A DNA stretch of 64,000 nt from Patescibacteria group bacterium AH-259-L05 (GTDB taxonomy: Bacteria > Patescibacteriota > Patescibacteriia > UBA2591 > UBA6264): positions 80,534 to 144,533 of the forward strand of contig JALLOO010000001.1 in NCBI GenBank assembly GCA_027717985.1. Reading direction: 5' to 3'. Numbering within the stretch: position 1 is the first letter of the stretch; each line of letters opens with the position of its first letter. Of the stretch, positions 32,230 through 41,033 are shown in pieces. The notes under the pieces were generated by a model. It was given only the letters and a program-made list of their open reading frames with translations, was not told the DNA's origin and searched no databases. The translations under genes were made by a program, and so were the position numbers.

Positions 32230-32823
32230 TTAACGTTTGAATAGGATTTTAATAGTTTTTAGTATGATTTTTATGTCAATCCAGAGCGAATGATTTTTAA
32301 CATATTGTAAGCCAAGTCTGACTTTTTCAGGATTTATTTTTTCCATATAATCCTTATCAGGATCTTTACTTCCACGAAGAATTTCTTCTTCATTTGGAAA
32401 TGCAATAGAAGCATAATCAGTTATTCCTGGGCGTACACTTAAAAGAGCTTTTTCTTCTTGAGTGTAAAGCTTAACAGCCCAGGGGACTTGAGGTCGAGGA
32501 CCCACAAAGCTCATTTCTCCTTTTAGAACATTAATAAGTTGTGGCAATTCATCGAGCTTATATTTTCTAATAAATCTGCCAATTTTTGTAATACGAGGAT
32601 CGTCTTCCGCCGTTGAGGTGGGCCCAAGCTTTTCAGCGTCTTTGATCATAGTTCTGAATTTATAGATTCTAAAAGGTTTTTCATTTTTTCCTATACGAAG
32701 GCCTCGATGAAAAACATGTCCTGGCGAATCCAGTTTTATGGCAATACTTATAATTAAAAGAAAAGGAGCAAGGATGAACAGCCCTATTAAAGAGCAAAAA
32801 GTATCAAATAATCTTTTAATCAT
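32230..32823 (-). CDS. Small monotopic phosphoglycosyl transferase (PglC/WbaP C-terminal type sugar transferase); initiating enzyme
   Basis: KRLFDTFCSLIGLFILAPFLLI re-entrant helix, DELPQLINVLKGEMSFVGPRP and PGITDYA. Confidence 0.85.
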   Translation of the reverse strand: MIKRLFDTFCSLIGLFILAPFLLIISIAIKLDSPGHVFHRGLRIGKNEKPFRIYKFRTMIKDAEKLGPTSTAEDDPRITKIGRFIRKYKLDELPQLINVLKGEMSFVGPRPQVPWAVKLYTQEEKALLSVRPGITDYASIAFPNEEEILRGSKDPDKDYMEKINPEKVRLGLQYVKNHSLWIDIKIILKTIKILFKR

Positions 32824-33619
32824 TTTTATTAATAGAATGTTTTCGTGGTTCTGAGAGGATATAAGCAGTTTGCCATGCTAACCATTTTAATAATGGTATT
32901 CTCAGTAATATAGAATCTATTATTTCGAAAGATCTTAGTAGAACATTGAATCCAGGTAAATTATGAAAAGGGATGGCTAATACTGTAGTTAAGTGAAAGA
33001 ATTTAATATCCTCAATTTTATTAAAGTTTTTTTTTGCTATCATTATATCATTTTTACTTAAAATATGACGCATTTCCCATTCGGTTCTTAGATGAGGTGT
33101 CATTTTTCTATATAACTGAAAAATAGGATTATAGACTAATGGTTCATTACAAATAACTTTTCCTTGTGGTTTAAGTACCCTGGCTAATTCAGGATAAACT
33201 TTTTTAACATCAAGGTGATGGAGAACACCACAACAAACAATAATGTCAAAATAATTGTCCTCAAAGTTTAATTTTTCAGCATCCATTACAAGAAAAGAAG
33301 TGTTTTTTTCAACACCTTGTTTTATGGCCAATTTATTGCAGTTTTGAATTGAAATATCTGAAATATCTATTCCTGTTGCCTGAGCCCCTTTTTTGGCTAA
33401 GAAAATAGTCATTGCTCCGTTTCCGCAGCAATAATCCAATGCTCTTTTATTCGGACAGTTTTGAATTATCCAATTATTAACAAATTTTCTACTTTTTCGA
33501 GTAACAGAATAAATTTTTTTATTAGAGGTTAAATATTCGTATTCAAGTACATCATTTTCTAGCGTTTTGTTTCTTACTTTATTATGAAATTTTGCCTCCT
33601 CTTGTTTTCGTGAGTCCAT
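32816..33619 (-). CDS. Class I SAM-dependent methyltransferase
   Basis: ALDYCCGNGAMTIFLAKKG and FDIIVCCGVLHHL. Confidence 0.75.
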   Translation of the reverse strand: MDSRKQEEAKFHNKVRNKTLENDVLEYEYLTSNKKIYSVTRKSRKFVNNWIIQNCPNKRALDYCCGNGAMTIFLAKKGAQATGIDISDISIQNCNKLAIKQGVEKNTSFLVMDAEKLNFEDNYFDIIVCCGVLHHLDVKKVYPELARVLKPQGKVICNEPLVYNPIFQLYRKMTPHLRTEWEMRHILSKNDIMIAKKNFNKIEDIKFFHLTTVLAIPFHNLPGFNVLLRSFEIIDSILLRIPLLKWLAWQTAYILSEPRKHSINKND

Positions 33620-33652
33620 AGGTTTATTTTTTAAAAATTTTATTAAGACATA

Positions 33653-34858
33653 TTATTGGCTAATATTTTTAAGTAATTTACTAGCCAATATTCGCATATC
33701 ATGATATTTTTTGACATAATTTAAGCCGTTTTTTCCCATTTGAATTCTCTGTTCAGGTGTCATAGTAATTAATTTTTTAATAGCTTGCGCTAAAGCTTTA
33801 GGATTTTCTGGTGGTATAGTAATTCCTGCTTTTGCCTCGGCTACAGGATTATTTCCGCCCTTTACTGCGTAGAGGATTGGTCTTTGCGATGAAAGATAGT
33901 CAAAAAGTTTAACTGGGCTCATGCCGTATTTTAATAAAGAAAGATCTTTAAAGCTATAAACGAAAGCATCTGCTTCTCCCATTGCATCTGCTATTTTTTC
34001 TTTAGGGATGAGTCCACGGAATTCTATATTTTGTAGACCTAATTTTTTTGAGTATCTAATAATATTCTTTTTTTCTGAGCCGTTGCCAATAAAAATGAAT
34101 TTTACCTTGTATTTTCCTTCATTTTGCAGTATTTTATCTGCTTCTAACACGATTTCTAAGCAGTGATATTTTGAGTATCCGCCGATATACATTATCGCAA
34201 AAGTTTCAGAAGTCCCGCCATTATACGGTTTGAGATTTTTATACCGAGATAAGTCTACTCCATTAGGAATCCAGACAACTTTATTTTTCGAGATGCCGTA
34301 TTGAGATAGGTATTCACTGACATAAGGCAGTAAGGTAATTATTTTTTTAGCCTTTTGAGCAAGAAATTTTTCTAAAACTCTCAGGCCCCAAGTGATAGGA
34401 TTTTTATCAGATAAAGCCCCCATATCAATAAGCGTCTGCGGCCAAAGATCAGTAATTTCAAAATAAAAGTGACATTTTTTTACTCTTGATAGTAAGTATG
34501 CTGAAAGTACAGCAAAAGGATGAACACACGTTCCTATAATAACATCAGGCTTTTCTTTTAGTTTTTTGCCGATCCAAAAAGCTCTCCAGGAATAATTTAA
34601 GACGTTTATAACTCGGCGCCAATCATTTTTTTGATAAGGAAACGTTTTAATAAAAATAAATCTGACGCCATCATAATCTTTAGCTTTCCATTTCTCGTCT
34701 TTTTGAAGCTCCTCATCTTTCAAGCTATAGTGACTAAAGCTCGAGGCAAAAACACTTACGTGATGACCCTTTTTTACTAGCTGCTTTCCTAAGTCATAAC
34801 TTCTGGTAGCTTGTCTATCCGGAGGGTCGGCATAATGATTTAAAATCCATAGATCCAT
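33653..34858 (-). CDS. Glycosyltransferase family 4 (WbuB-like)
   Basis: N-terminus ILNHYADPPDRQATRSYDLGKQLVKKGHHV is typical of the WbuB-type GT4 enzymes. Confidence 0.75.
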   Translation of the reverse strand: MDLWILNHYADPPDRQATRSYDLGKQLVKKGHHVSVFASSFSHYSLKDEELQKDEKWKAKDYDGVRFIFIKTFPYQKNDWRRVINVLNYSWRAFWIGKKLKEKPDVIIGTCVHPFAVLSAYLLSRVKKCHFYFEITDLWPQTLIDMGALSDKNPITWGLRVLEKFLAQKAKKIITLLPYVSEYLSQYGISKNKVVWIPNGVDLSRYKNLKPYNGGTSETFAIMYIGGYSKYHCLEIVLEADKILQNEGKYKVKFIFIGNGSEKKNIIRYSKKLGLQNIEFRGLIPKEKIADAMGEADAFVYSFKDLSLLKYGMSPVKLFDYLSSQRPILYAVKGGNNPVAEAKAGITIPPENPKALAQAIKKLITMTPEQRIQMGKNGLNYVKKYHDMRILASKLLKNISQ

Positions 34859-34880
34859 GATATGTTTTTTAATATAAATT

Positions 34881-34912
34881 AAGTGCTATCCAATACATTA
34901 TTGATAGCACTT
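34881..34912. terminator. Perfect 10-bp hairpin between the Gfo/Idh/MocA and GT4 genes
   Basis: AAGTGCTATC-(12 nt)-GATAGCACTT. Flanks are only moderately U-rich, so it could be a terminator, an attenuator or a processing site. Confidence 0.35.
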
Positions 34913-34969
34913 TGTATCTCTTTTTTAATAGATTTGTATTGGGTCTTAAGATCGAGAAAGGGAATGTGC

Positions 34970-36004
34970 TTACGTGATCTGTATTTTTTTTGCATCACTT
35001 TTTAAAGATGTTTGTCCTGCCTCTAATATTTTGACTACAGCAAGACCATTATATCCATCGCTGAGAGGTTGTTTATTTTTTTTAATACACTCGATGAAGT
35101 GTGAACATTCAACGTGGAGAGGTTCTCGAAAGGTGAAATGAGGAATATGTATATCACCCTTTCTAATAAAGAGTTTAAATTCTTCTTGTGTTTTAGGGAT
35201 GGCGAGCTCTTCACGAATATGAGAAGGTTTTTTATATATCCCTTTATCAAATAGTTGAATTTTAGTGTTATCTGATACATCATCATAGACAAGCATTTTT
35301 TTACTCCCGACAATAACTGCGCGGCGGACTTTATTTGGGTCAATCCAGCTTGTATGAATTTGAACAAAGACTTTATCTGGAAATTCTAAATTTAAGAAGA
35401 CAACATCTTCAATTCCATCCTGTAGATAGTCTACGCCGTGTGCAGAAACCCTGAGAGGTGATTGATTAAGCCAATAGAGTGCAACGGAAATATCATGGGG
35501 GGCAAAGTTCCACATGGCATTAACATCGTCTCGGACTCTTCCCAAATTGAGTCTTTGAAAGTAAATGTAGTGGATTTTACCTAATTCACCTTTATCAATA
35601 TATTCTTTTGCTTTTCTTACTGCGTCGTTATAAAGAAAGGTATGTCCAGTCATAAGAATTTTTTTGTTTTTTTCTGATAAAGTTATGAGTTTTTTTGCCT
35701 CAGAAACTTTGGTTGCCAAAGGCTTTTCAATAAAGACATGTTTTCCTTTATCTAAAGCTTTTTTACCAAATTCATAATGGAGTTGTGCTGGTAAAGCAAT
35801 TATCACTGCCTCAATTTCAGAATTATTAAGAATATCATCAAAGTTTTTAGTCAGTACAATATCTGGATATTGTTTTTTTATAAAATCAAGCCGCTCATCT
35901 CGATAATCACATACACTGTGAAGATCGACGTCTTCAATAGCATAAAAGTTCCTGATCAAATTTGGTCCCCAGTAACCAGCACCGAGGATAGCTATTTTAA
36001 TCAT
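34970..36004 (-). CDS. Gfo/Idh/MocA-family NAD(P)-dependent sugar oxidoreductase
   Basis: IAILGAGYWGPN Rossmann motif and the EKPLA motif. Confidence 0.8.
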   Translation of the reverse strand: MIKIAILGAGYWGPNLIRNFYAIEDVDLHSVCDYRDERLDFIKKQYPDIVLTKNFDDILNNSEIEAVIIALPAQLHYEFGKKALDKGKHVFIEKPLATKVSEAKKLITLSEKNKKILMTGHTFLYNDAVRKAKEYIDKGELGKIHYIYFQRLNLGRVRDDVNAMWNFAPHDISVALYWLNQSPLRVSAHGVDYLQDGIEDVVFLNLEFPDKVFVQIHTSWIDPNKVRRAVIVGSKKMLVYDDVSDNTKIQLFDKGIYKKPSHIREELAIPKTQEEFKLFIRKGDIHIPHFTFREPLHVECSHFIECIKKNKQPLSDGYNGLAVVKILEAGQTSLKSDAKKIQIT

Positions 36005-36104
36005 ATTTTGTTTATTTCTTTTTAAGGTTTGTGGTAAGATTAAAGGTTATTATAAGTTTAACATAATATTTTTTTTTGTAAATACCTAGACGAGAGCAGA
36101 CAAT

Positions 36105-36887
36105 TCAATCACCCTCTTTTGTTAATTGTTTATTAATTTTATTGACTAGTTTTAATAATTTTAGATCAACATTAACCATATCACCCAGTTGTATTAATGA
36201 ATTTGTGTCTTTTGGCAAACAGGTGCCTCCATATCCGCGATACCCCTCAAACAGTACATCTAAATGTGAATGGTTGATTCGTGGATCTGTACCAGCCATA
36301 TCTTTAATTCTATCATAATTAATGTTTAATTTTTGACACAAGTCATAAATTTGATTGGCAAATATTACCTTGGTTGCTAAAAATATATTTTTAAAATATT
36401 TTGCCATTTCTGCTTCCGTAGCTGGTACAATAAATTCATGAGGGGCTTTAGGTAAAATTTTTAATATAGTTTGTGCTATTGATTTACTTTTTTTGGTATA
36501 GCCAATAATTTGTTCATGAGGATTTGCCATATCTTTTTTTGCTGACCGTGCCCGTAAAAACTCTGGATTAAATAATACTTTATGTTGCGGATATTTTCTT
36601 TGTATTTTTTCAGTTGTTCCAGGAAGGACCGTAGATTTAATGACTATAATTTTTTCACCTTTTATAATAGAAAATACGTCTTCTACTGCTGAGAGATCAA
36701 ATCCTATTTTTTTATCATAAGGGGTGGGTACACAGATGAATATAATATCAGCCTGATTTATTTCGTCAGGGCTGCCAATATTTTTATATTTATCATAGAG
36801 AAGGGCATGGGGGAATACACTGGCAATTGCTCCTCCAACTACTCCTACACCAATTATTCCAATTTTTTTATTTTTAGAGCTTGTCAC
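36105..36887 (-). CDS. Nucleotide-sugar dehydrogenase family protein (short, UDP-glucose/GDP-mannose dehydrogenase-like)
   Basis: KIGIIGVGVVGGA, IIFICVPTP and the catalytic-Cys motif GGTCLPKD. Only 260 aa, so the usual C-terminal domain appears to be missing. Confidence 0.65.
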   Translation of the reverse strand: MTSSKNKKIGIIGVGVVGGAIASVFPHALLYDKYKNIGSPDEINQADIIFICVPTPYDKKIGFDLSAVEDVFSIIKGEKIIVIKSTVLPGTTEKIQRKYPQHKVLFNPEFLRARSAKKDMANPHEQIIGYTKKSKSIAQTILKILPKAPHEFIVPATEAEMAKYFKNIFLATKVIFANQIYDLCQKLNINYDRIKDMAGTDPRINHSHLDVLFEGYRGYGGTCLPKDTNSLIQLGDMVNVDLKLLKLVNKINKQLTKEGD

Positions 36888-36911
36888 AGTTTTTTTTATT
36901 AATTTATTTTA

Positions 36912-38030
36912 TCACGCTTTAAAGTTTTTATAAGCCTTAAGTAATTTTTTACTTTCATTTTCCCAATTATATTTTTCTGAAATCGCCTTTCTGCCGTTTT
37001 TTCCCATTTTTCGTGCTTTTTCCGGATGTTTTATTAAATACTCAATAGCCCTGGTAATTTCTTGTATATTTGTTGGATCAACAGTAATTCCACATTTATT
37101 TCCTTCCACAATTTCTTTATACAAAGCAAAATTTGAGGCAATCACTGGCAGTTCAGCCAACATATATTCAAAAAGTTTGTTTGGTAGACAGCTTATATTG
37201 TTAGCGTATGGAAGGTAGGTGACAATACCAATACAGGCTTGTTTAGAATATTTTTCTTTCTCTTTAAATGAAACCCAAGGAATCATCCTGATGTGTTGAC
37301 TTATATTTAATTTTTTAATTAATTTTTCGATTTTTTCAGCAAAGGAAGCTGGTGCAATTGTGCCCACTAAATATAGCTTCCATTCAGGGTATTTTTCTAT
37401 TACTAATGCGAAAGCTTTGATTAATTCGTATATCCCTCTGATTTCTGACATCCATCCTAAGTAGATGATGTGTTTTTTGCGCGTTGAAGATTTATATAGT
37501 TCAGATAAATCCAACAAAGGATAGTTTTCTATTCGTTCTGTTTTGACTTTCATTTTTTGATAACGTTGGCCAATAATGGGCGTAGTATAAATTACAAGGT
37601 CTAAAAAAGGAACTAATATTTTTTCTATAAAAGCAAAGGATTTACTTGCTATTTTTCTTAGATATACTGGAATCCAGATTCTATCTAATATAACATTGGG
37701 ATAGTGTTCATGAACGTCATAGATAATTTTTGCCCTTGTTAAAATTTTTAGCAAGACGCCAAATGGCAATAGTTCCGGATCATGAAAATGATAAATATCA
37801 GATTTTTGTTTGAACGCTAATTTTAATAGCTTCCAGTCGATTAATATACGCCTGAATCTGTTTTTTGGTTTTGGTAAAGCAATAATTTTAATACCATCAA
37901 CCGTTTCATTCTGGTCGTGTTGAGCAATTAAGGTTACATTATAACCGGCTCCAGCCAAGGTTTTTGCTTGTTTATGAAAAATCCGTACGTCAAAAGTAGG
38001 ATGAACTGAGGTTAAAATACAAACTTTCAT
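36912..38030 (-). CDS. Glycosyltransferase family 4 (GT-B)
   Basis: EYMLAELPVIASNF (the E-x7-E region of GT4) and a two-Rossmann layout. Confidence 0.7.
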   Translation of the reverse strand: MKVCILTSVHPTFDVRIFHKQAKTLAGAGYNVTLIAQHDQNETVDGIKIIALPKPKNRFRRILIDWKLLKLAFKQKSDIYHFHDPELLPFGVLLKILTRAKIIYDVHEHYPNVILDRIWIPVYLRKIASKSFAFIEKILVPFLDLVIYTTPIIGQRYQKMKVKTERIENYPLLDLSELYKSSTRKKHIIYLGWMSEIRGIYELIKAFALVIEKYPEWKLYLVGTIAPASFAEKIEKLIKKLNISQHIRMIPWVSFKEKEKYSKQACIGIVTYLPYANNISCLPNKLFEYMLAELPVIASNFALYKEIVEGNKCGITVDPTNIQEITRAIEYLIKHPEKARKMGKNGRKAISEKYNWENESKKLLKAYKNFKA

Positions 38031-38132
38031 AAATTTAGTATATTTTAATCAATGAATTGTTTTAGCCAGGGTCCTATTAAGAAAATCCAGCAAAGTATAT
38101 AGTAATTCAGATTAACCTTTCCGGCTCGATGT

Positions 38133-39422
38133 TTATTTAGAATATTTATAAGATTTTTTAGATTGTAGATACCTTGATTTCTGCGGTCTTAAAATATTAT
38201 TAAGTGCATATGCTACTCCAATCCAAATAAAAAGGAAGCGAACCGTGTTAATTCCTCCGCTTAACATAGCGTCTAAAAAAGTAAAGATAAAAAGTGCTAG
38301 AATCGTATTTGTTAATATATATTTTTTTGGTTTATTCTTTTTAAGATGAAGTAAATGAAAAAAAGAAAATCCAATAAGCAGAATAAGTAAAATAAGACCA
38401 AAAAATCCTAATTCAGAACCAGTTTCTAAAAGTATATTATGGGGATATACCCACCCTTTTTCATTAAGAGCAAAGTTCTGAAACCCTCCCACGCCCAGTC
38501 CTGCGACAGGATGGAGATAGAGTCCTTTCAATGCCGTAGAGAACATTCCCAACCTTTCTTCTATTGGGCTTATCTCTCCTGGCGCTGAAAAAATGCCTTT
38601 AATTCGTAGCAAGGAGATTTGAGTAAATTCAGGAAAGACAAGGAAAGATAAGCCGATTAAAAGAATAACCACGATTACAAATACGAAGGCTGATTTATTA
38701 ACACTGAACCTTTGTATGTTAAAAGAGAATAAGAGCATTAAAATTACTGTCAATATTAAAATAAGTAGCGGTGCTCTTGCCGCGATATATACAAGGCTGA
38801 ATAGATTGATTAATAATACCGTAGACCATAATAGTTGTTTTTTAATATTTTTTCCTCTCATAAAATAAAACAGAGTTATAATGACAGTTATCCCAGAAAT
38901 TATACCCAGAGTGAGATAATCGGCACTGAATGCCAGGACTACCTCTCCGCTTCTACCGGAAATGAGAGCAGCGATACTCGTTAGGGTAGATAAGCCGATT
39001 ATCATATAAAAGAACCTTTTCAAAATAGTTTCATTTTTAAATAGAAATAGCGGTCCAAAAGCAGCTAAAGCAGTAAGCGTAATAAATTTAAAAAATTTTT
39101 CTGCGCCGTAGGTTGAGGCAGAGGTATAGGTGAGGCTCAGGAACATGAGGACAGCTATTCCTAAGTAAGGTAAAAATAGTTTTGAAGAAATTCGGACGAT
39201 ATGCCACTTTTTTTTAAGAACATTTTTTAAAATGACTAAGACAACAATAGCGCCGAAAAAAACGGTCAAGTCAAAAAATTCAGGAAAAAGATTTTCTAAT
39301 TGCGGCGTTGCCTTAAAAAGGCCAGCAGTAAGAAAAAGAGCAAGGCTGATTTCCGAATACTTCCACAAAAGCGGTAAGATAACAAATCCCAAGATGATAT
39401 AAAGCAAGATTGAAGTAATCAT
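38133..39422 (-). CDS. O-antigen polymerase/ligase family (Wzy-like) membrane protein
   Basis: At least 10 TM helices and the loop HPVAGLGVGGFQNF...YPHNILLETGSELGFFG (Wzy_C type). Confidence 0.7.
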   Translation of the reverse strand: MITSILLYIILGFVILPLLWKYSEISLALFLTAGLFKATPQLENLFPEFFDLTVFFGAIVVLVILKNVLKKKWHIVRISSKLFLPYLGIAVLMFLSLTYTSASTYGAEKFFKFITLTALAAFGPLFLFKNETILKRFFYMIIGLSTLTSIAALISGRSGEVVLAFSADYLTLGIISGITVIITLFYFMRGKNIKKQLLWSTVLLINLFSLVYIAARAPLLILILTVILMLLFSFNIQRFSVNKSAFVFVIVVILLIGLSFLVFPEFTQISLLRIKGIFSAPGEISPIEERLGMFSTALKGLYLHPVAGLGVGGFQNFALNEKGWVYPHNILLETGSELGFFGLILLILLIGFSFFHLLHLKKNKPKKYILTNTILALFIFTFLDAMLSGGINTVRFLFIWIGVAYALNNILRPQKSRYLQSKKSYKYSK

Positions 39423-39451
39423 GTTTTTAAAAATCCTTAATAGTAATAATA

Positions 39452-40972
39452 TTAATCAATATAGCCTAGGTTTCTCAATTTTTCCTTAAGTTTTTCTTCC
39501 TCTTCTTTTGTGTAAACCTCTTCTGGCGGAATTGATACAGTTTTTTGGTTCTTTCTTCTTTTTGATTTTCTGTCTTTCATTTCTTCTAACCAATTTATTA
39601 ATATTTTTTTATGTTCAGTTGCAATATCTTTTTTTGTCTTAGCAATATTATTATTCTCCAATGGATCTTTTTCTAGATCATATAGTTCTTCAACATCTCG
39701 TGCCCCTATTCCATACTTACAGCAGGGGTCGTTATTTAAAGGAGAGAGAATGTATTTAAATTTTTTAGTCCGTAGAGCAAATCTCCATTCTGTCGCGCCG
39801 TCCATAGTAATGGCAAATGGCCAGGATTTGTTCTCCTCTTTAATTAAAGGGAGTAGGTTCTTACCGTCAAAGTCATAAGGAGCTAGATCAATACCTAACA
39901 ATTCTAAAACAGTAGGTAGCATATCAGTATGTTGTACAAACCCTTTGATTTTTTTTCTTTTAGGCAATCCCGGTCCGGACAATATTAAAGGAACATGTGT
40001 TACTTGTTCATATAAACCAAAATGGCTGAGGAAGAGTCCCTCGCGAAGAAAATTATCTCCATGGTCGCCGGTTATTATAAAAATGGTTTTGTCAAAGATA
40101 TTATTTTTCTTAAGGTCCAGAATTAAGCGTTTAATTTCATCATCAACATATCTGATCCCCGCGTTATAACAGGACTCTATTTCTCCAGAATATTTTATTC
40201 CTTTAAGATCATTTTTTGTGAACTGCATTAACTGATGATTATTAGAGATGCGCTTTAATAAGCTTGCTGTTTTTCCCCCTTTCTTATCCGGCCTGAACAT
40301 TTGTTTATATTTTTTGGGAATGGTATCAAATGGAAGATGGGCGTCTGTGTAATGAATGTTAAGAAAAAATTTATCCTGTTTTTTTAGCTGTTTTATTAAT
40401 GTCAGGGCGGTATTTGTCATCGACTCTGCGTTTATAATGCCTTTTGACACCCCAAAAAGCTTTGTGATAAAGAAAAAACTATTCTGTAAAGAAAAGGGGA
40501 CGTTTTCAAAAATTTTACGAGCGATTGACCGTATTTTATTAGATTTAATGAACGAAACCGGCCTTATAGATTTATTTAGTCCAATTTCTTTTTCTGAATC
40601 ACCATAAAAGTCAAAACCTCTTTTGTGCCAGCGGTATAGCCAACTAACCGCAAAGGTATGGTACCCAAACTGTTTAAGTATTTGAGCTATACTGACAGAA
40701 CCACTAGAGTAAAATTGTTTCATTTCTTCTTCTGTAACGTCCGTACCGTGATGTGCAATGCCATGAGAAACAGGAAACCTGCCTGTGAACATAGAAGTTA
40801 GAGACGGGTCTGTGTGGTTGATACAGCAATATGCATTTTCAAAAATTACTCCATTTCTCGCTAAAGAATCTATAGTGGGGCTGGTTGGTTTTTTATACCC
40901 ATAACAGCTTAGATTTTCTGTTCGAAGCGCATCTATTACAATGAGAATGATATTATAAGGTAATTGTTTCAT
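39452..40972 (-). CDS. Sulfatase-like (alkaline-phosphatase superfamily) protein with Thr at the nucleophile position
   Basis: NIILIVIDALRTENLSCYGY, HTDPSLTSMFTG (aligns to the C/S-x-P-x-R-x4-TG motif as T-D-P-S-L) and ITGDHGD. Confidence 0.7.
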   Translation of the reverse strand: MKQLPYNIILIVIDALRTENLSCYGYKKPTSPTIDSLARNGVIFENAYCCINHTDPSLTSMFTGRFPVSHGIAHHGTDVTEEEMKQFYSSGSVSIAQILKQFGYHTFAVSWLYRWHKRGFDFYGDSEKEIGLNKSIRPVSFIKSNKIRSIARKIFENVPFSLQNSFFFITKLFGVSKGIINAESMTNTALTLIKQLKKQDKFFLNIHYTDAHLPFDTIPKKYKQMFRPDKKGGKTASLLKRISNNHQLMQFTKNDLKGIKYSGEIESCYNAGIRYVDDEIKRLILDLKKNNIFDKTIFIITGDHGDNFLREGLFLSHFGLYEQVTHVPLILSGPGLPKRKKIKGFVQHTDMLPTVLELLGIDLAPYDFDGKNLLPLIKEENKSWPFAITMDGATEWRFALRTKKFKYILSPLNNDPCCKYGIGARDVEELYDLEKDPLENNNIAKTKKDIATEHKKILINWLEEMKDRKSKRRKNQKTVSIPPEEVYTKEEEEKLKEKLRNLGYID

Positions 40973-41033
40973 ATTTTACTAGAATAGTTATTTTTAATTA
41001 GTATTATTGAATTGAGATTACATTTTGATAACC

